NCBI RefSeq assembly: GCF_023055435.1
Contig: NW_025964112.1
Coordinates: 42,780,001-42,844,000, forward strand
Length of the DNA: 64,000 bases
Source: Haliotis rufescens
Lineage: Eukaryota
Direction: 5' to 3'
Each line of letters opens with the position of its first letter. Within the stretch, counting starts at the first letter, position 1. The notes under the pieces are model-generated. The model was not told the origin of the DNA and ran no database searches. It saw only the letters and a list, made by a program, of their open reading frames with translations. The position numbers were made by a program, and so were the translations under genes. Below are positions 11,876 to 25,019 of the stretch, in pieces.

Positions 11876-14259
11876 TGCACACGGTATACACAACGGATAT
11901 ACTTCAGAAAATACGTTATGTCCCTATTAAAAGAACGATTTCACGTCAGGGCATGTCCAAATTGTCATGAAATTGTTTGTTATATTATTCATGAATCCAA
12001 TTTTCCAGACATTGTGGAGAAAAAACATCTGGGAGAAAAAACAAACAAGAGGAGCAAAGTTGCAAAGCTCTTCAGCATTGGAACCATCTGAATAAGCCTA
12101 TTTTTTCTGAACATGAAAAGCTTAATGGTTTTGGACTTTTGTCTACCATGCATCTTGTATTTACGTCCTAACAGTGCAAGATAGAAACATATCGACAGAT
12201 TCCGGCAGCTCGATGGAAACCTGGGATGCTGCAGACAGGACTCAGTCGATAGTTGGATAAAAGGCCTTGTGGGCTTGTCGATATTGCCATAGTTATTGGA
12301 AAATATTTTGATATTGTAAATTTGGGATGAAACGATCATCTTATTGACGCGTTACTTGAGTGGAATAAGTGCGAAGAACACCACGTAGATCCTAAGACAA
12401 CTTTATCTGCATTTGTGTTTGATCAGTTAAAGATTAACAGCAGCATACGAAGAAAAATGCGTAAGTGATTTTCGTCTCGGGTGATCCGTCTGAAAGTAAT
12501 GATTAACAGCTCATGCTGTTGTCATGTCAAACGTGGCATTATGCATCATTGTGTCAGTTGTGCCGCCGTAAAGGAACTCAATCAATACCATCGTGCATAG
12601 AGATTGCAACACGGATATGTCCGTTAAAGGGTTAATCACGATTCCCAAGAGCAATGCATTTGAGCCGACCAAATCCATTCTTTCACCATGGTTTTATTTT
12701 TGTAACCAGATCTTAATTGGCTGTTTTCATACATTAACATCAGAACTGTTTAATTATCGGATACTATTACAGCATTTATCTAACTCAACGTTTGATAGTG
12801 AAAATTCTATTAGCCCCATCGTACACCTGAAATGTTTTTAAGTCTTAAACAACAAACAAACAAACTTCTGTTAGACCATGTTACAAACCGATTGTTTACA
12901 ACGTGTAAATTTGTATGAATAGTAACAATAGAAAAATCAGCATCTCCATCAAAACACTAAAGAAACATATAATCCCACGTTGTGTTGTATTTAAACTGCT
13001 GCCATGGAATGCATTAACCAGTTTTACCGAAATTAGTACGTAAGTATCAAGGCTGACATTGTATGGTTGAGTGGTTAAACATGCATGTACTCATTAACCT
13101 GGGACTAATAATATGGCCACAAGCAAGAATTATCAACGCATCTCCTAGACGCATCTATAACATGGACAGAATCTAAAACAAACTCACTTTACAACCTTTC
13201 CTGCAAACACAGAGGTATCTGTAAGACAGGATATGTACCAACGACCTTTTGTACGAATGTGAGTTGGCATGTTGTAGATGACTGTACAAATGTAAGCCAA
13301 ATTCAGTATTGATATCTACATAGTACACCACTGTACACAAAGAGCGTTCATTCAATAGCTCTTGACTAGGTGTATATGACAATCTTTGATCGCTGATGTA
13401 TCGATATACAAAGGTATTGTACAAAAGTGTAGTCTGTTGTATACGTTATGAAGTAAAACACAGATACCTGTTAGTCATAGTAATCCATAGTGCATGGTGT
13501 TCCAGCGTAACATACCAATCGCCCCCAGCAAAACGTGTATGGACAAAGTAGCCATATCAATAGAGTTTTCAATCATTGTTTGCATTCTCGGTTTCAACAA
13601 CTAATAACACGCCCCATCGAGGCTCAGTGGTTTATTGTTGAAAGTTACAAAGCAGTGTTCGCTGAACATAAAGGCGGTTATTTGTAAAGGTATTTTATAA
13701 CGCAGGTTTCTGTATAGAGGAGCCGTAAAGGCTATTTGGCTACGGTCCTCAAGGCTAAATAGAAATATGATTTCATTATTCGCAGGACATTGCTTTCTAG
13801 ATCCAGCATACAGTAGATTGCACCATAACATTAAACCGACTCTTAATACAATTATATGAAAAATGACAGGACATATTACAGTACGTTTTTCGGCATGCAT
13901 AACACAAATCATAGCAGGTGACATTGCTGCATACATGATGTTGTGTTCATAGAATACCCATTGTCGATGCTAATATTGTTAAAACGACATCTAGGTGACT
14001 TGCACTTACTTTTTTATGTACATTGTGCGAGTGGCGGGTGCTACCGGTAGAGCAGGGCGTGCTTCCCGTTTTTGAGACCACCTGGTATTATCCCTGATTT
14101 TCAGTGATCATTTTATACAAATTTCCCAACTATTTTGCCTTTTACGCCCTATTCTCTGGCGTTAACGTTATATATATATTTGATATGCTTAGTTATATAT
14201 TTGTGTATGAAGCTACCCTTGGGTTAATGTTTCACAGAACGTAATATCATCCATATGTA

Positions 14260-14428
14260 GGGGTGCTGGGGTAGCCTAGTGGCTAAAGCGTTTGCCCGTT
14301 ACGCTGAAGACCCGGGTTCGATTCCCGACATGGGTACAATGTGTGAAGCCCATTTCTGGTGTCCCCCGCCGTGATGTTGCTTGAATATTGCTAAAAAAAA
14401 GGCGTAAAATCCAACTCACTCACTCACT
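14260..14428 (+). mobile_element. Family A SINE
   Basis: Same sequence; TSD CATCCA(T/C)ATGTA. Confidence 0.9.
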
Positions 14429-14807
14429 CATCCACATGTATATGCAATACTAAAGGAGTTTGGTCCTATTTGGTTGGCAGTCCCAACACGTTTTATATAA
14501 GTCGTTCACAAACACTATTAGCACAAATGTTATGTAGTGTATTAATCTTGTGGTTAATGATTACACTCAATATTCAATGTTCACATTTGGCACTTCGTGT
14601 AACAAGCAGATCTATATCGGAACAGGTAACAGTGTAGCGTCAGTTGTGTACAGTTTGGTATGTTTAAAATCGTTGTTGCATTGTTGTCAGTTACAGAGAC
14701 ACAGTGAACGTAGAGATAAACCCTCAATAAGTGTCCCGTCAATCAAGAATCTACAGAAGCCTTGGTCAACGTTTCATAAATCGATCTTGGTCTCATTTGA
14801 CAATTAG

Positions 14808-15065
14808 AGTGAGTGAATTGGGTTTAACGCCGCTTTTAACATTATTCCAGTTATATCACGGTATGTCAGCTTAATGTGGGCCCGAAGTGATGAAGGTCCC
14901 AGACGTTTACCACTTCGGTGAAACCCACGAGCACGGGTATGGTGCTGACAAACCTAAAAACATAATCGGGGTGAACCGGAATTCAAACCCACAATCATAG
15001 GTTTAAGGTGTGCCCAAGGGAAGCAATTCTGCGGCGCCTTAGACGACTGGGCCACCCGTGCCCCC
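14808..15065 (-). mobile_element. Family D tRNA(Leu-like)-derived SINE
   Basis: Head GGTGGCCCAGTCGTCTAAGGCGCC, long spacer, B box GGTTTGAATTCC, (CACT)n tail, TSD TTTGACAATTAGA. Other copies at about 8407-8666(-), 8790-9078(-), 9650-9875(+), 24449-24610(+), 51425-51625(-), 57255-57414(+). Confidence 0.85.
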
Positions 15066-15580
15066 TTTGACAATTAGATGTAACTTAATACGTATAGTAA
15101 TTTTAAGTTATAAGGTTTACACAGATGTAGAATTATGGTCGTGCTAGTGGAACTTCCAAATAACTATATACATATGAATTACTCAAGGAAAGCATTATAA
15201 AGTAAGTCCTTGAATTCAGTAGCAGTGAAAGTATCGAAGATCCGCGTGGTCGCTCAGTGCAAGGTTTCAACATCAACGTATGTTCTACATATATTTGTTC
15301 TTCATTGACAAACATAGTAACTGTTTCTAGATATACCTACTGCTGACAACGTTTCTTAATACGACATACATGTATTATTGTTTAATTCATTGACAAATCA
15401 CGTGACAGTGCCACACGGATAACCCACGGCATCAATAAAACAAACAAACGAAGTTTTCTATTAACATTTCAATTTAACTGATCCCAATAGTGTCAAACTA
15501 TTACAAATACAAACTGTACATTTCTTATTTTCTACCCTTTAAAGTAATATATTTTAACCTTATTTATAAAGTATCCTTAC

Positions 15581-15622
15581 TTCTCTTTGTTTTCTTATTC
15601 TACGAGAGTGTTTCCACCCGAG
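15581..15622 (-). CDS. Microexon, 42 nt (LGWKHSRRIRKQRE)
   Basis: atattgcag| ... |gtaagg, phase 0-0, open. Confidence 0.7.
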
Positions 15623-15756
15623 CTGCAATATATCATATTCACCCAGCCATCAAACCATTAAGGCGGATATATCGTCATGTGGCCGAACTCCCACATATTG
15701 TCTCCTCAAACACAATACACAAAAACAAACTGACATACACAACAACCTTTACTTAC

Positions 15757-15965
15757 TTCTTTATGTCTAAACGCCATGATTCGTAGATAGAGGCTGTTGT
15801 CTCGTTGTGCAGGGGGCTTCTTCCCTGGCGAACCCATATCCTTTTGGCGCAGTCGCTTGTGGATGAGACGTCTGGCAGCTCGATACTCCGAGCCGTAGAT
15901 TCTGTCGAACACCACGGACAGGCGGTCGATAGCGTTCTGCTGACTGCTGTCACCGCCGCTGCTTT
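15757..15965 (-). CDS. Unknown microexon gene, exon 2 (ESSGGDSSQQNAIDRLSVVFDRIYGSEYRAARRLIHKRLRQKDMGSPGKKPPAQRDNSLYLRIMAFRHKE)
   Basis: Acceptor ctctctcttttctccaatag, donor GTAAGT, 209 nt, phase 1 to 0, open, GC-richer than the flanks. Confidence 0.8.
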
Positions 15966-16960
15966 CTATTGGAGAAAAGAGAGAGATGCTGGTATTGTTC
16001 TTTGAGAAACGGTATGTTTGCAGTTCGCAAATCTAGGAGGATTATATCCATATCGCCTTTGGGACAGATCACTCGCGCATAAAAGACGTTTCCTACGTCT
16101 GCATAAAAAGAAACGTCTCTCCGGCACATTTATCTCAAACGTTAGGCGGGAGGGAGTGCTTTTTTAATATATATATTTTTTAAACAAAGGTGATTAAGCT
16201 GGAACCTTCTTTTCCCAAAAGAATACCGAGAAAACACAAATGGACACACGGCGAACTTGGCATTTAATACAATATCAGTTGACTGCAAAGTTTGCTTCAT
16301 CTGAGGCGGGGAATTTGAAAGGTAGTTTTATTAAGAATTAAAATGACGCCCAGGATTTAAAGTGAAGCGCAGATGCCCGATAAACATTTTGAGTGATTAT
16401 CATAAACATGTAAAACATAAATATTAACTTTTCCTACTTCAATGCATTTCAGTGAGTACAAAGTATGACAAAATAAATTTGTCTTTAGGTTGTCTGATAT
16501 AAGAAACACGATCCACGATAAATCGATATGATCAATGGCTATAGAGGAAGGAATGAATTATGGATTTGCTCCACACATGTACGTATTATATTCATTACTA
16601 ATAATGCCATACATTGGCTCTGTTCTAGGTTGGAATTCATTAAATGTACACGTAGTGTTATCTAGTATACGAATCATGATCAATCACGAAGTCAAATGTG
16701 ATTGTTCATACTTGACAACGTAGATAATTATGTATTCTACACTGTTTCACCTGCAATTACCTCAACAATGACATCCTGTTTAAGTGGTAATTTAACCTAG
16801 TGTGAACATCTGGCATTGTTATCGTGAGTGATAAATGGGGATTGCCTGAACAATTAACATACCGTGGACCCCTTGGGATTTAGGTAGAATATGTCCGATG
16901 TACCTATATGTATGTTTGTGGGGACCAAACACAAGTATTCGGTGGTTACAAGGTGAAATA

Positions 16961-17460
16961 AGCGACTATGCTTGTCGTTGGTTGGTTGGTTGGTTGGTTT
17001 GTGTTTAACGCCGCACTCAGCAATATTCCAGCTATATGACGGCGGTCTGTAAATAATCGAGTCTAGCCCAGACAATCCAGTGGTTGATATCATGAGCATC
17101 GATCCACGCAATTGGGATCGATGACATGCATCAACCAAGTCAGCGAGCCTGACCACCCGATCCCGTTAGTCGCCTCTTACGACAAGCATAGTCACCTTTT
17201 ACGGCAAGCATGGGTTGCTGGAGACCTATTCTAACCCGGAATCTTCACGGGTTGTCGTAAGAGGCGACTAACGGGATCGGGTGGTCAGGCTCGCTGACTT
17301 GGTTGATGCGTGCCATCGTATCCCGATTGCTTGGATCGATGCTCATGATGTCAATCACTGGATTGTCTGGTCCAGACTCGATTATTTACAGACCGCCGTC
17401 ATATAGCTGGAATATTGCTGAGCGCAGCGTTAAACAACAAACAAACAAACAAACAAACAA
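16961..17460. mobile_element. Family C copy (-, 16979-17252) nested inside a 5'-truncated family C copy (+)
   Basis: TSD TGTCGT at 16973-16978 and 17253-17258; the host continues in register after the insert. Confidence 0.88.
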
Positions 17461-18114
17461 AAAAGGTGAAATATTGGCTGGCTTTGTGTCATGCCCAAGG
17501 GATATGGGTCGTTGATTTTTCTCTTCATCATTTCATCCTGGTCGGTCTGATATAGCTTGTTTTGTTTGCTTGTTGCTAAACACCGCACTCAGATCAAATA
17601 ATCGAATCTGGACAAGACAAACTCACTCACTGCTTTTTCCAGATGGTTTACAAAGACGAAACGTTCTCATTGTCTTCCCAAGCAGGGTGTGGTAGGGGAG
17701 AGTTCTCTCGTCACCCCGAAACCTCGGGCTCGATTTCCCGAATGGGTACAGTGAGCGATGCCAAAGTCTACATGTTCCCCGCCGTGATATCGAATGGATT
17801 ATTGTTAAAAGTGGTTCAAAACCAAACCCACACACTCCACCCAGTATCGTGATGTATGTTCACGAGGTACATCTTACAAACTTGTAGAACCAATAGAGTA
17901 CAAGGTGCAAGCGCTAAAGAATACTTTGGATCTTAGTGATTCACGCCATATGAACGCCATACAGGAAATTTCTGGTGTATATTTGCATCAGTTTTTCTGC
18001 AAATTCGAAATGTCACCGCCAGAGACTAATCATTCGTGAATATCTGCCTAAACAGATTCCATAGGGCGTAAAAGAAAAAAAAAGTTATGAAAATTATCTC
18101 AAAGGATCTCTGAA

Positions 18115-18650
18115 ATCAGTGAGGGCGCCAAGTGTTCGCGAAAACGGTAAGCATGTCCTTCTCTAGGAGAAACACCCCCACCAACATAAATTTCATTGAA
18201 AGAGAGGGTGCATGTGAGTCAGAGGTGTGACACCTCATCACAAAGGTCATGACATGGATAGCAACATTCTTCTTGTGGACACGCGACTTGTCCTATTCTG
18301 TAAATTTTACCATACAATTTCTTGAAATACTTAACCAGGCCGTTGATGGCTGAACCTTGATTGGAAAGCTTAGTTGTACGAACATTGTATCTTTCCGTGG
18401 AACATAACAAACATGTACATGCTCTAAAGTACCCAGAAACTATGCAATTGAGAAATGTGGACGCCATAAACTGGAGTTGATGGTATTGCTCAACAAGACG
18501 TTGAAATTCAAGAGTGGGAAAACAAAGTCTTCTCTCTTTGTATGCTTGGTATATGCATACACTCTCAAGGAATGTCGTGCTGTCAGTTTCATGGGGATTA
18601 TCAAACCTACACGATGGGCTATATAAAGTTACGGATCTGAAGCTCATTCA
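18115..18650 (-). mobile_element. Penelope-like element, degenerate RT C-terminus plus 3' motif
   Basis: Frameshifted SN(I)PSTPVYGV(H)ISQL..YFRAC..TTKLSNQG..LVKYFKKLYG, followed by the cacttg/cacctg 3' motif. Confidence 0.7.
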
Positions 18651-19163
18651 TTATTTAAAAAAACAACAACGTCATGTGATATAAGCGTAGGAGCTGCCAG
18701 ACATTTCTAAAATCGATATTCGAGTGCTTGGTCGATATGTTAATGAGACAAGATTTGTTTACACGTTGTCATGCAGCTCCGGTATATGCATTGTCCACTC
18801 AACATCGTGTAATGTAAGGAGATGACTTTCGATCGTTAGGGCTTTTGTCTTCTGGTGATAACAGAAACAGATGTATCTATACCCCTTGTGTCCAATTGTG
18901 GCTTTAGGATAGTGACAATAGGCTAGGCTCTTTTATTTACACTTAGAAGCGTTCGATGCAGGAACCTGTTATTGATTAGAATGCTTGTACATGAAATTAC
19001 ATCGCAACTTTTAAACAACAGTGTCATTCACTTAAAGACGCTCTCAGCAATACCACTTTGTGTAATAACCAATCAACTTCTGGAATACCAGCCAAGTTGT
19101 AACATATTTTTAAACAAAATATATTACCAGTTGTGATTTAATTCTACACTCTTGGTAGGGTAT

Positions 19164-20070
19164 GAATTCACCATCTAGTCACTCAAACTTGATAACACTA
19201 ACACCTTGGCTTTATTCACCATCTAGTCACTCAAACTTGATAACACTAACACCTTGGCTTTATTCACCATCTAGTTACTCAAACTTGATAACACTAACAC
19301 CTTGGCTTTATTCACCATCTAGTCACTCAAACTTGATAACACTAACACCTTGGCTTTATTCACCATCTAGTTGCTCAAACTTGATAACACTAACACCTTG
19401 GCTTTATTCGCCATCTAGTAACTCAAACTTGATAACACTAACACCTTGGCTTTATTCATTATCTAGTCACTCAAACTTGATAACACTAACACCTTGGCTT
19501 TATTCACCATCTAGTCACTCAAACTTGATAACACTAACACCTTGGCTTTATTCACCATCTAGTTACTCAAACTTGATAACACTAACACCTTGGCTTTATT
19601 CACCATCTAGTTACTCAAACTTGATAACACTAACACCTTGGCTTTATTCACCATCTAGTCACTCAAACTTGATAACACTAACACCTTGGCTTTATTCACC
19701 ATCTAGTTACTCAAACTTGATAACACTAACACCTTGGCTTTATTCACCATCTAGTTACTCAAACTTGATAACACTAACACCTTGGCTTTATTCACCATCT
19801 AGTCACTCAAACTTGATAACACTTACACCTTGGCTTTATTCACCATCTAGTTACTCAAACTTGATAACACTAACACCTTGGCTTTATTCACCATCTAGTT
19901 GCTCAAACTTGATAACACTAACACCTTGGCTTTATTCACCATCTAGTTACTCAAACTTGATAACACTAACGATACATTGGCTCTGTTCACCATCTAATCA
20001 GTCAAACATGATGACACTAACAATATCTTGGCTTCATTCACCATCTACTCGGTCAAACATGATGACACTA
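19164..20070. repeat. 48-bp minisatellite, about 19 copies
   Basis: Unit TATTCACCATCTAGT(C/T)ACTCAAACTTGATAACACTAACACCTTGGCTT. Confidence 0.97.
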
Positions 20071-20280
20071 AGGATATATTTACCGAAACTAATCATAACT
20101 ACAAGCAGCAAGGCAACCTTGTTTTAATTTAAACATTTTGTCCCATGAAAGGAGTTGGGCACAAAAAATAAATGTATGTATGTATATTGCTTTCAGATTT
20201 TTATAATGTAATGAAATATCAACAAGAAAACAAATTAAAAAGGATAGTTATATGATAAGTGCCTTCATTTACATGATAAT

Positions 20281-20508
20281 CGCGTTCAAAATTATTGCAC
20301 TTATATAGTGACGTGCATACACGTGTGTGTGGACTAGGCTGCTTGTACTAGTCCGGACTTTTAGCATGAATACCCCACTCAGACACAGAATACCTGTCTC
20401 CTAGCCGACGAGTACCAAGTACCATTATTTGCGTCTTTTGCCAGGGAATAGAAACACCGACTTTACGCTCTCCGGACAGACTCTATCCACTACACCACGG
20501 AGGCGGTC
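20281..20508 (-). mobile_element. Family B SINE, degraded
   Basis: ccacggaggcggtc head and tgaataccccactcagacac body on the plus strand. Confidence 0.75.
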
Positions 20509-22204
20509 GCGTCAAGCACGAATCTACATAAACAACATAGTGCTTCTTCCTGTATCGACGTATTGACGTTCAACCCCAGTGCCATGACACGGTATTGTAT
20601 TTACAAGTCTGTTCTTTGTGAACTGTTGAAAATGGACGCAGTGCTGATAAATCTGAGTTGATGGCCTACTCGTTCAGGTGGTGTTATCGTAAATTCCCAG
20701 TAACAGGAGCCTGATGAATAAACTCCACGCGATTGGAATACAATCTTTGAATGGGAGAGGCGCCCGGACTGCAGCACCTGGGAGTTGCACGTCCACGTCG
20801 GTGTTTACTGCATTGTAAAACGAATGTGTATGTGTTGCAATCTGATTGGTTGAACGTGAGGTTGGATTCTGCGCATAAATAACTTAAAGCATTTTGATAT
20901 TTAACCTTGACTAACATCTAGTCTCTGAAATAAACATGGCTAAAAACAGTTGTTAAATTATAGTTATAAAATATGATCAAAAGGAGCCAAGAGACTTAAT
21001 TTTCAGATTTTTTAATACTGCTGTTATCTAGACTTGCCAAATATTATAGACTTACATGGACTTTATTGTATATATGTGTCTGTATGACAGATTATATCTA
21101 ATCCAGCTTTGGCAAAAAACGTGTCATTTGGCTTCGTGGAATTGATATCCCATTAATTAAGTATTAAGTTTGATCATTATGTATCAGAACAACCACTGAT
21201 TAATGTTTGTTCCACATTGTCAGGTGTGTTCAGTTATCACGGAAGCATATGACGACATCCATTGTATGATGACGTCAAATCATTCCCCCCACCCCCACCC
21301 CCACCCCCACCCCCGACAAGCATGGGTTGCTGAAGATCAATTCTAATACGGATCCTCACGGGAGTATTTATACTTAATAATATAATAATAAATATGTAAG
21401 ATTATCAAGAAGACGGTCTGTACAGATTGTCATAGTCATTTTTTAAAATAATTTCTGATCACGTTCATAAATACATTGAGTCTACCTACACTCAGATTAA
21501 AATAATTTATTAACGCATTCCTTAAACACCGAAAATACATGATGACAAGTTTGATACATAATTCTTAAGTATAACCACGGTCTACAGATTTACGCGACCT
21601 ATGCTTATGCGATATGACATAATTTCGTGGGACGCTCACAGGGCAAAATCGATTATTGGTAAATATTTATGCCGATATTCTTATTGATGTGTGTACACAA
21701 TATTAACAGGACGTCGTTGCGTTTTGCTCAGTTAGGAATAATTGATTATCATTTCCATTACGTCATAAAAGATATTACCAAGACAGAAACGAAACCCCGG
21801 AAATTAACACAGTCTGCTTATCTCATAAAGATTGTGGGTAATTTACCGTGTGTTATTGGACTGGGTGCGTTCACAGGCCCGGGGTAGGGTGACCGTGAAC
21901 AAGCGGTGTACGTGTTTGTGTTAGTTTTAATGCGTCGGTACCAGGGTCAATGTAAGTGGTCGTCTTGGAGCTAGTGTTAGTGTCAGTACACACGCTAATG
22001 TCAGGGTTGGCGCAAGTGAGCGTGAGTGTGAGTATAAACGTGAGTGTGAGTGTGAGTGTGAGTATAAACGTGAGTGTGAGTGCGAGTGTAAATAAATACG
22101 ACAAAATCATTTCTGTAATTTACGAAATCGGTCGCTAAAAGCCGAGACCAATGTAAAATATATATATCTATATCATAAGCACGTCTCCATGAATCACTAT
22201 CAAA

Positions 22205-22600
22205 TAGTGATGATACCAGTTGTTCGCGAAAATTTGAGCGTATCCTGCCCACCCGATGACACTTGTCATAAACACATGAAAAGGCAAGTCAATTGTTCAC
22301 CCGAACAAACATGGGAACATATGGTACAAGAATAGGAAATTAGAATCAAGAATAGGGAAATCATTTTTGTCACAGATACGTCAAATTTGGAAATGACCTT
22401 CGCTACAGGTTTTGAAAGCTTTGCTGGGGCATTGAATATGATCACTCTTAAATCGAACATCTTTTGAGCAAGAGTCGTGCATGCTCGATTGTATATCAAA
22501 ATTCGCGAAATGTAGACATCAAAGACTGGAGTTTCTGGAATATCGCCAAAATAAGAATTAGTATAAGTGTCTGTGTCAGTTTTTGGCGTCCTTTCGCCAT
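22205..22600 (-). mobile_element. Penelope-like RT fragment plus 3' motif
   Basis: GDIPETPVFDVYISRILIYNRAC. Confidence 0.6.
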
Positions 22601-23242
22601 GGTTAATATAAGTATCTGTCAGTTCAGAACCTCAACAACAACTCGACCATCTTTGCAATTGGCCTATGTATATTGCCAATGAGCTGAATTTGGCTGCATC
22701 CCCCGTCCCACAAACACACACCACCCCCTTCTCTCTGTCTCTCAGTCTCGTTGCCAACAGATATTTTCCAAATCTTTTCATGTTTTGAATCAAGGTGCTC
22801 ACGTGATTTGATGCATTTCGCGATGTAAGACCCGTTTTATCACAATATAGGTCTTGATTATAGATCAGATCGTCCTGACTGGTCACCGCCATTTTGTTTG
22901 AAGCAAATGTGATACGAGATTTGGAATCTGATTGGTCCATAGGAGAGGCTTAGACGGGACATAACTCGTAATAGCCACTGGTGGCGCTGCGATCGAGCCC
23001 ATGCATTCCAGCCTAGTTCGGCAAGGGTGGAAACTGGATTTTCAAAGTCCGTTAACTCCCTTGCCTCGGGAAGATGCGTTAAACCCAACTTACTCACTGT
23101 TTCTTTCTATCTATCTCTCTCGCTCTATCTATCTGTCTCTCCCCTCTCCCTCTGCTTGTGTGTCTCTGTCTATGTCTCACAGTCTCCAAAGCTGTGTCTA
23201 TGTGTCTCTGTCTGTCTCTCTCCCCTCTCCTCTGTCTGTGTG

Positions 23243-23288
<46 letters not shown>

Positions 23289-24875
23289 ATCATCCGTTTC
23301 TCTGCCCTATTTTCTGATTTCATGACATATCTTTTAAATAAGTTAAAATTATTAATGTTAATAACATCGACAATATATACAACGTGGTTGTCCCATAATA
23401 ATGCGGTACAAGCTTCACCATGAACCCAAAGCAAGAACTTACAGCAAAATACACCTTTAAAGCTGATGAATGAGATGTCATCCCCGTCAGCCAATCAATA
23501 AGCTTCAATGACATAAGTGACCAATCAATAGGTTGCCTGCGAGAGCGGGTCGGTCAACAACATAGCTTCCGAATCCATACACAACCATCAAGTCAGCCTT
23601 GCCATCGATTTATCCAGCCCTTTCACAAATTAGAAAATACAGTCGAGTGGATAAATTCTATATCAAACAAGGCCCTCTCTTCTGAAACAAGTTCTGTTGA
23701 GTTCACCCAATATAGGCGGCACGTGTTGTTATTTTAACAGTTCAAAGACCGACACAGTTAGGTGATTGTTGACACAATGACACAAAACACTCAAGTGTGT
23801 TGGCAACGCTGTTTGGCGATTGTCAGTGGAAATGGGAATACAATGGTCTCAACACGATAACACCGCAAACAATGTCTAGGACGTGCACACGCTAGTGGGG
23901 TGAAATATCCAATTGATAAAGTCTAAATAATTACTAATATGAATAACTTGTATAACTAAACATTTACAGGATTACTTCCCTTAGCACGCTTTTGTGACGG
24001 GTGCCACGGAGGACAGGATACGTTCACCTTTTCGAGATTACCTGTATCAATGTTATTTGATACTGATTCATAAACAACGCATGGTTATGTAATTGTCGGA
24101 ATTGTACAGTGAACTCTGACAGTGTTCTTTGCAGAGATATGATTACGGAAAGCTGTTTTCCCTTTAATTTGATACCATAAGAATAGATAAGTGGGGTCAT
24201 AGTGTGTATCTCAGTCTTAGTCTGACTGTCAAGAAGGCGACTAAATGCTATCAGACAGTCACATATGCTTCTCATGGATGGGTTGGAACATCGTTTAAAC
24301 TTACGTTGAGCTGGTTGTGTAAGGTTACGTTCGCTATTGGCCATTGGTTGTGGTAGCTATATGTTATACACTGCTGAAAGTGTCTTCAATCTATGTCAAC
24401 CCACTCCCTGTGACTTCATACTTCCCCAGTCTGTGATTTCGGTGTGCGCAGGTGGCCCAGTCGTAAGAGGCACCGGTATTTGCTTTACATAGGCGTATCA
24501 GAATACGACGAGCTGAGTTTTTACAGCCGGGTTCTTATTATTTTAATTTTGTCAGCACCTACGATCTGCACCACGTTAAGCTGTTAAAAAAGTCGTTAAA
24601 ACACTTATTCACTCTCCCTTATACTGATGGGCAAAGGAAAGTATACAGAGTTTGCATTTTATGTAATTGAAAATTGAAAGAACAGTCTGATATTGTCTAT
24701 TTAAGCATCTCTCATTCCTGCAACAATTTGTAAAGTAATCTGAGGCTTGGCAAGTTTGTGTAAAACATATTGATTCAATGAACACTGGGGTAAGAAAAGA
24801 ATTTGCAACCACATGACCCCGATCACGTTGCAAATGAAAATTTGTGCCGAAAAGAAAAGCAAATTTATAGCTAAG

Positions 24876-25019
24876 AGTGAGTGAGTGTAGTTTTACGCCG
24901 CTTTTAGCAATATTCCAGCAATATCACGGCTGGGTACACCAGAAATAGGCTTCACACATTGTTCCCATGTCGGGAATCGAACCAGGGAACGCTTTAACCA
25001 CTAGGCTACCCGACCGCCG
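24876..25019 (-). mobile_element. Family A SINE
   Basis: Reverse complement with a small deletion. Confidence 0.85.

Noticed and set aside
11990-12470. Coding-like plus-strand stretch
   Set aside because: Several stops and no recognisable motif; cannot be assigned without a search.
9112-13218. Extra candidate minus-strand exons at 13188-13218, 11029-11065, 9510-9558 and 9112-9203
   Set aside because: Lengths are not multiples of 3, and three of the four have stops in phase 0, so they do not fit the phase-0 chain; they could only be poison or rare exons.
19164-20070. CRISPR-like appearance of the tandem arrays (also 59320-59870)
   Set aside because: Head-to-tail repeats without unique spacers, no cas genes, eukaryotic DNA.
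19162-20127. 321-aa ORF of NLITLTPWLYSPSSHS repeats
   Set aside because: It is a 48-bp minisatellite whose unit lacks a stop in one frame, and it lies antisense within an intron with no gene context.
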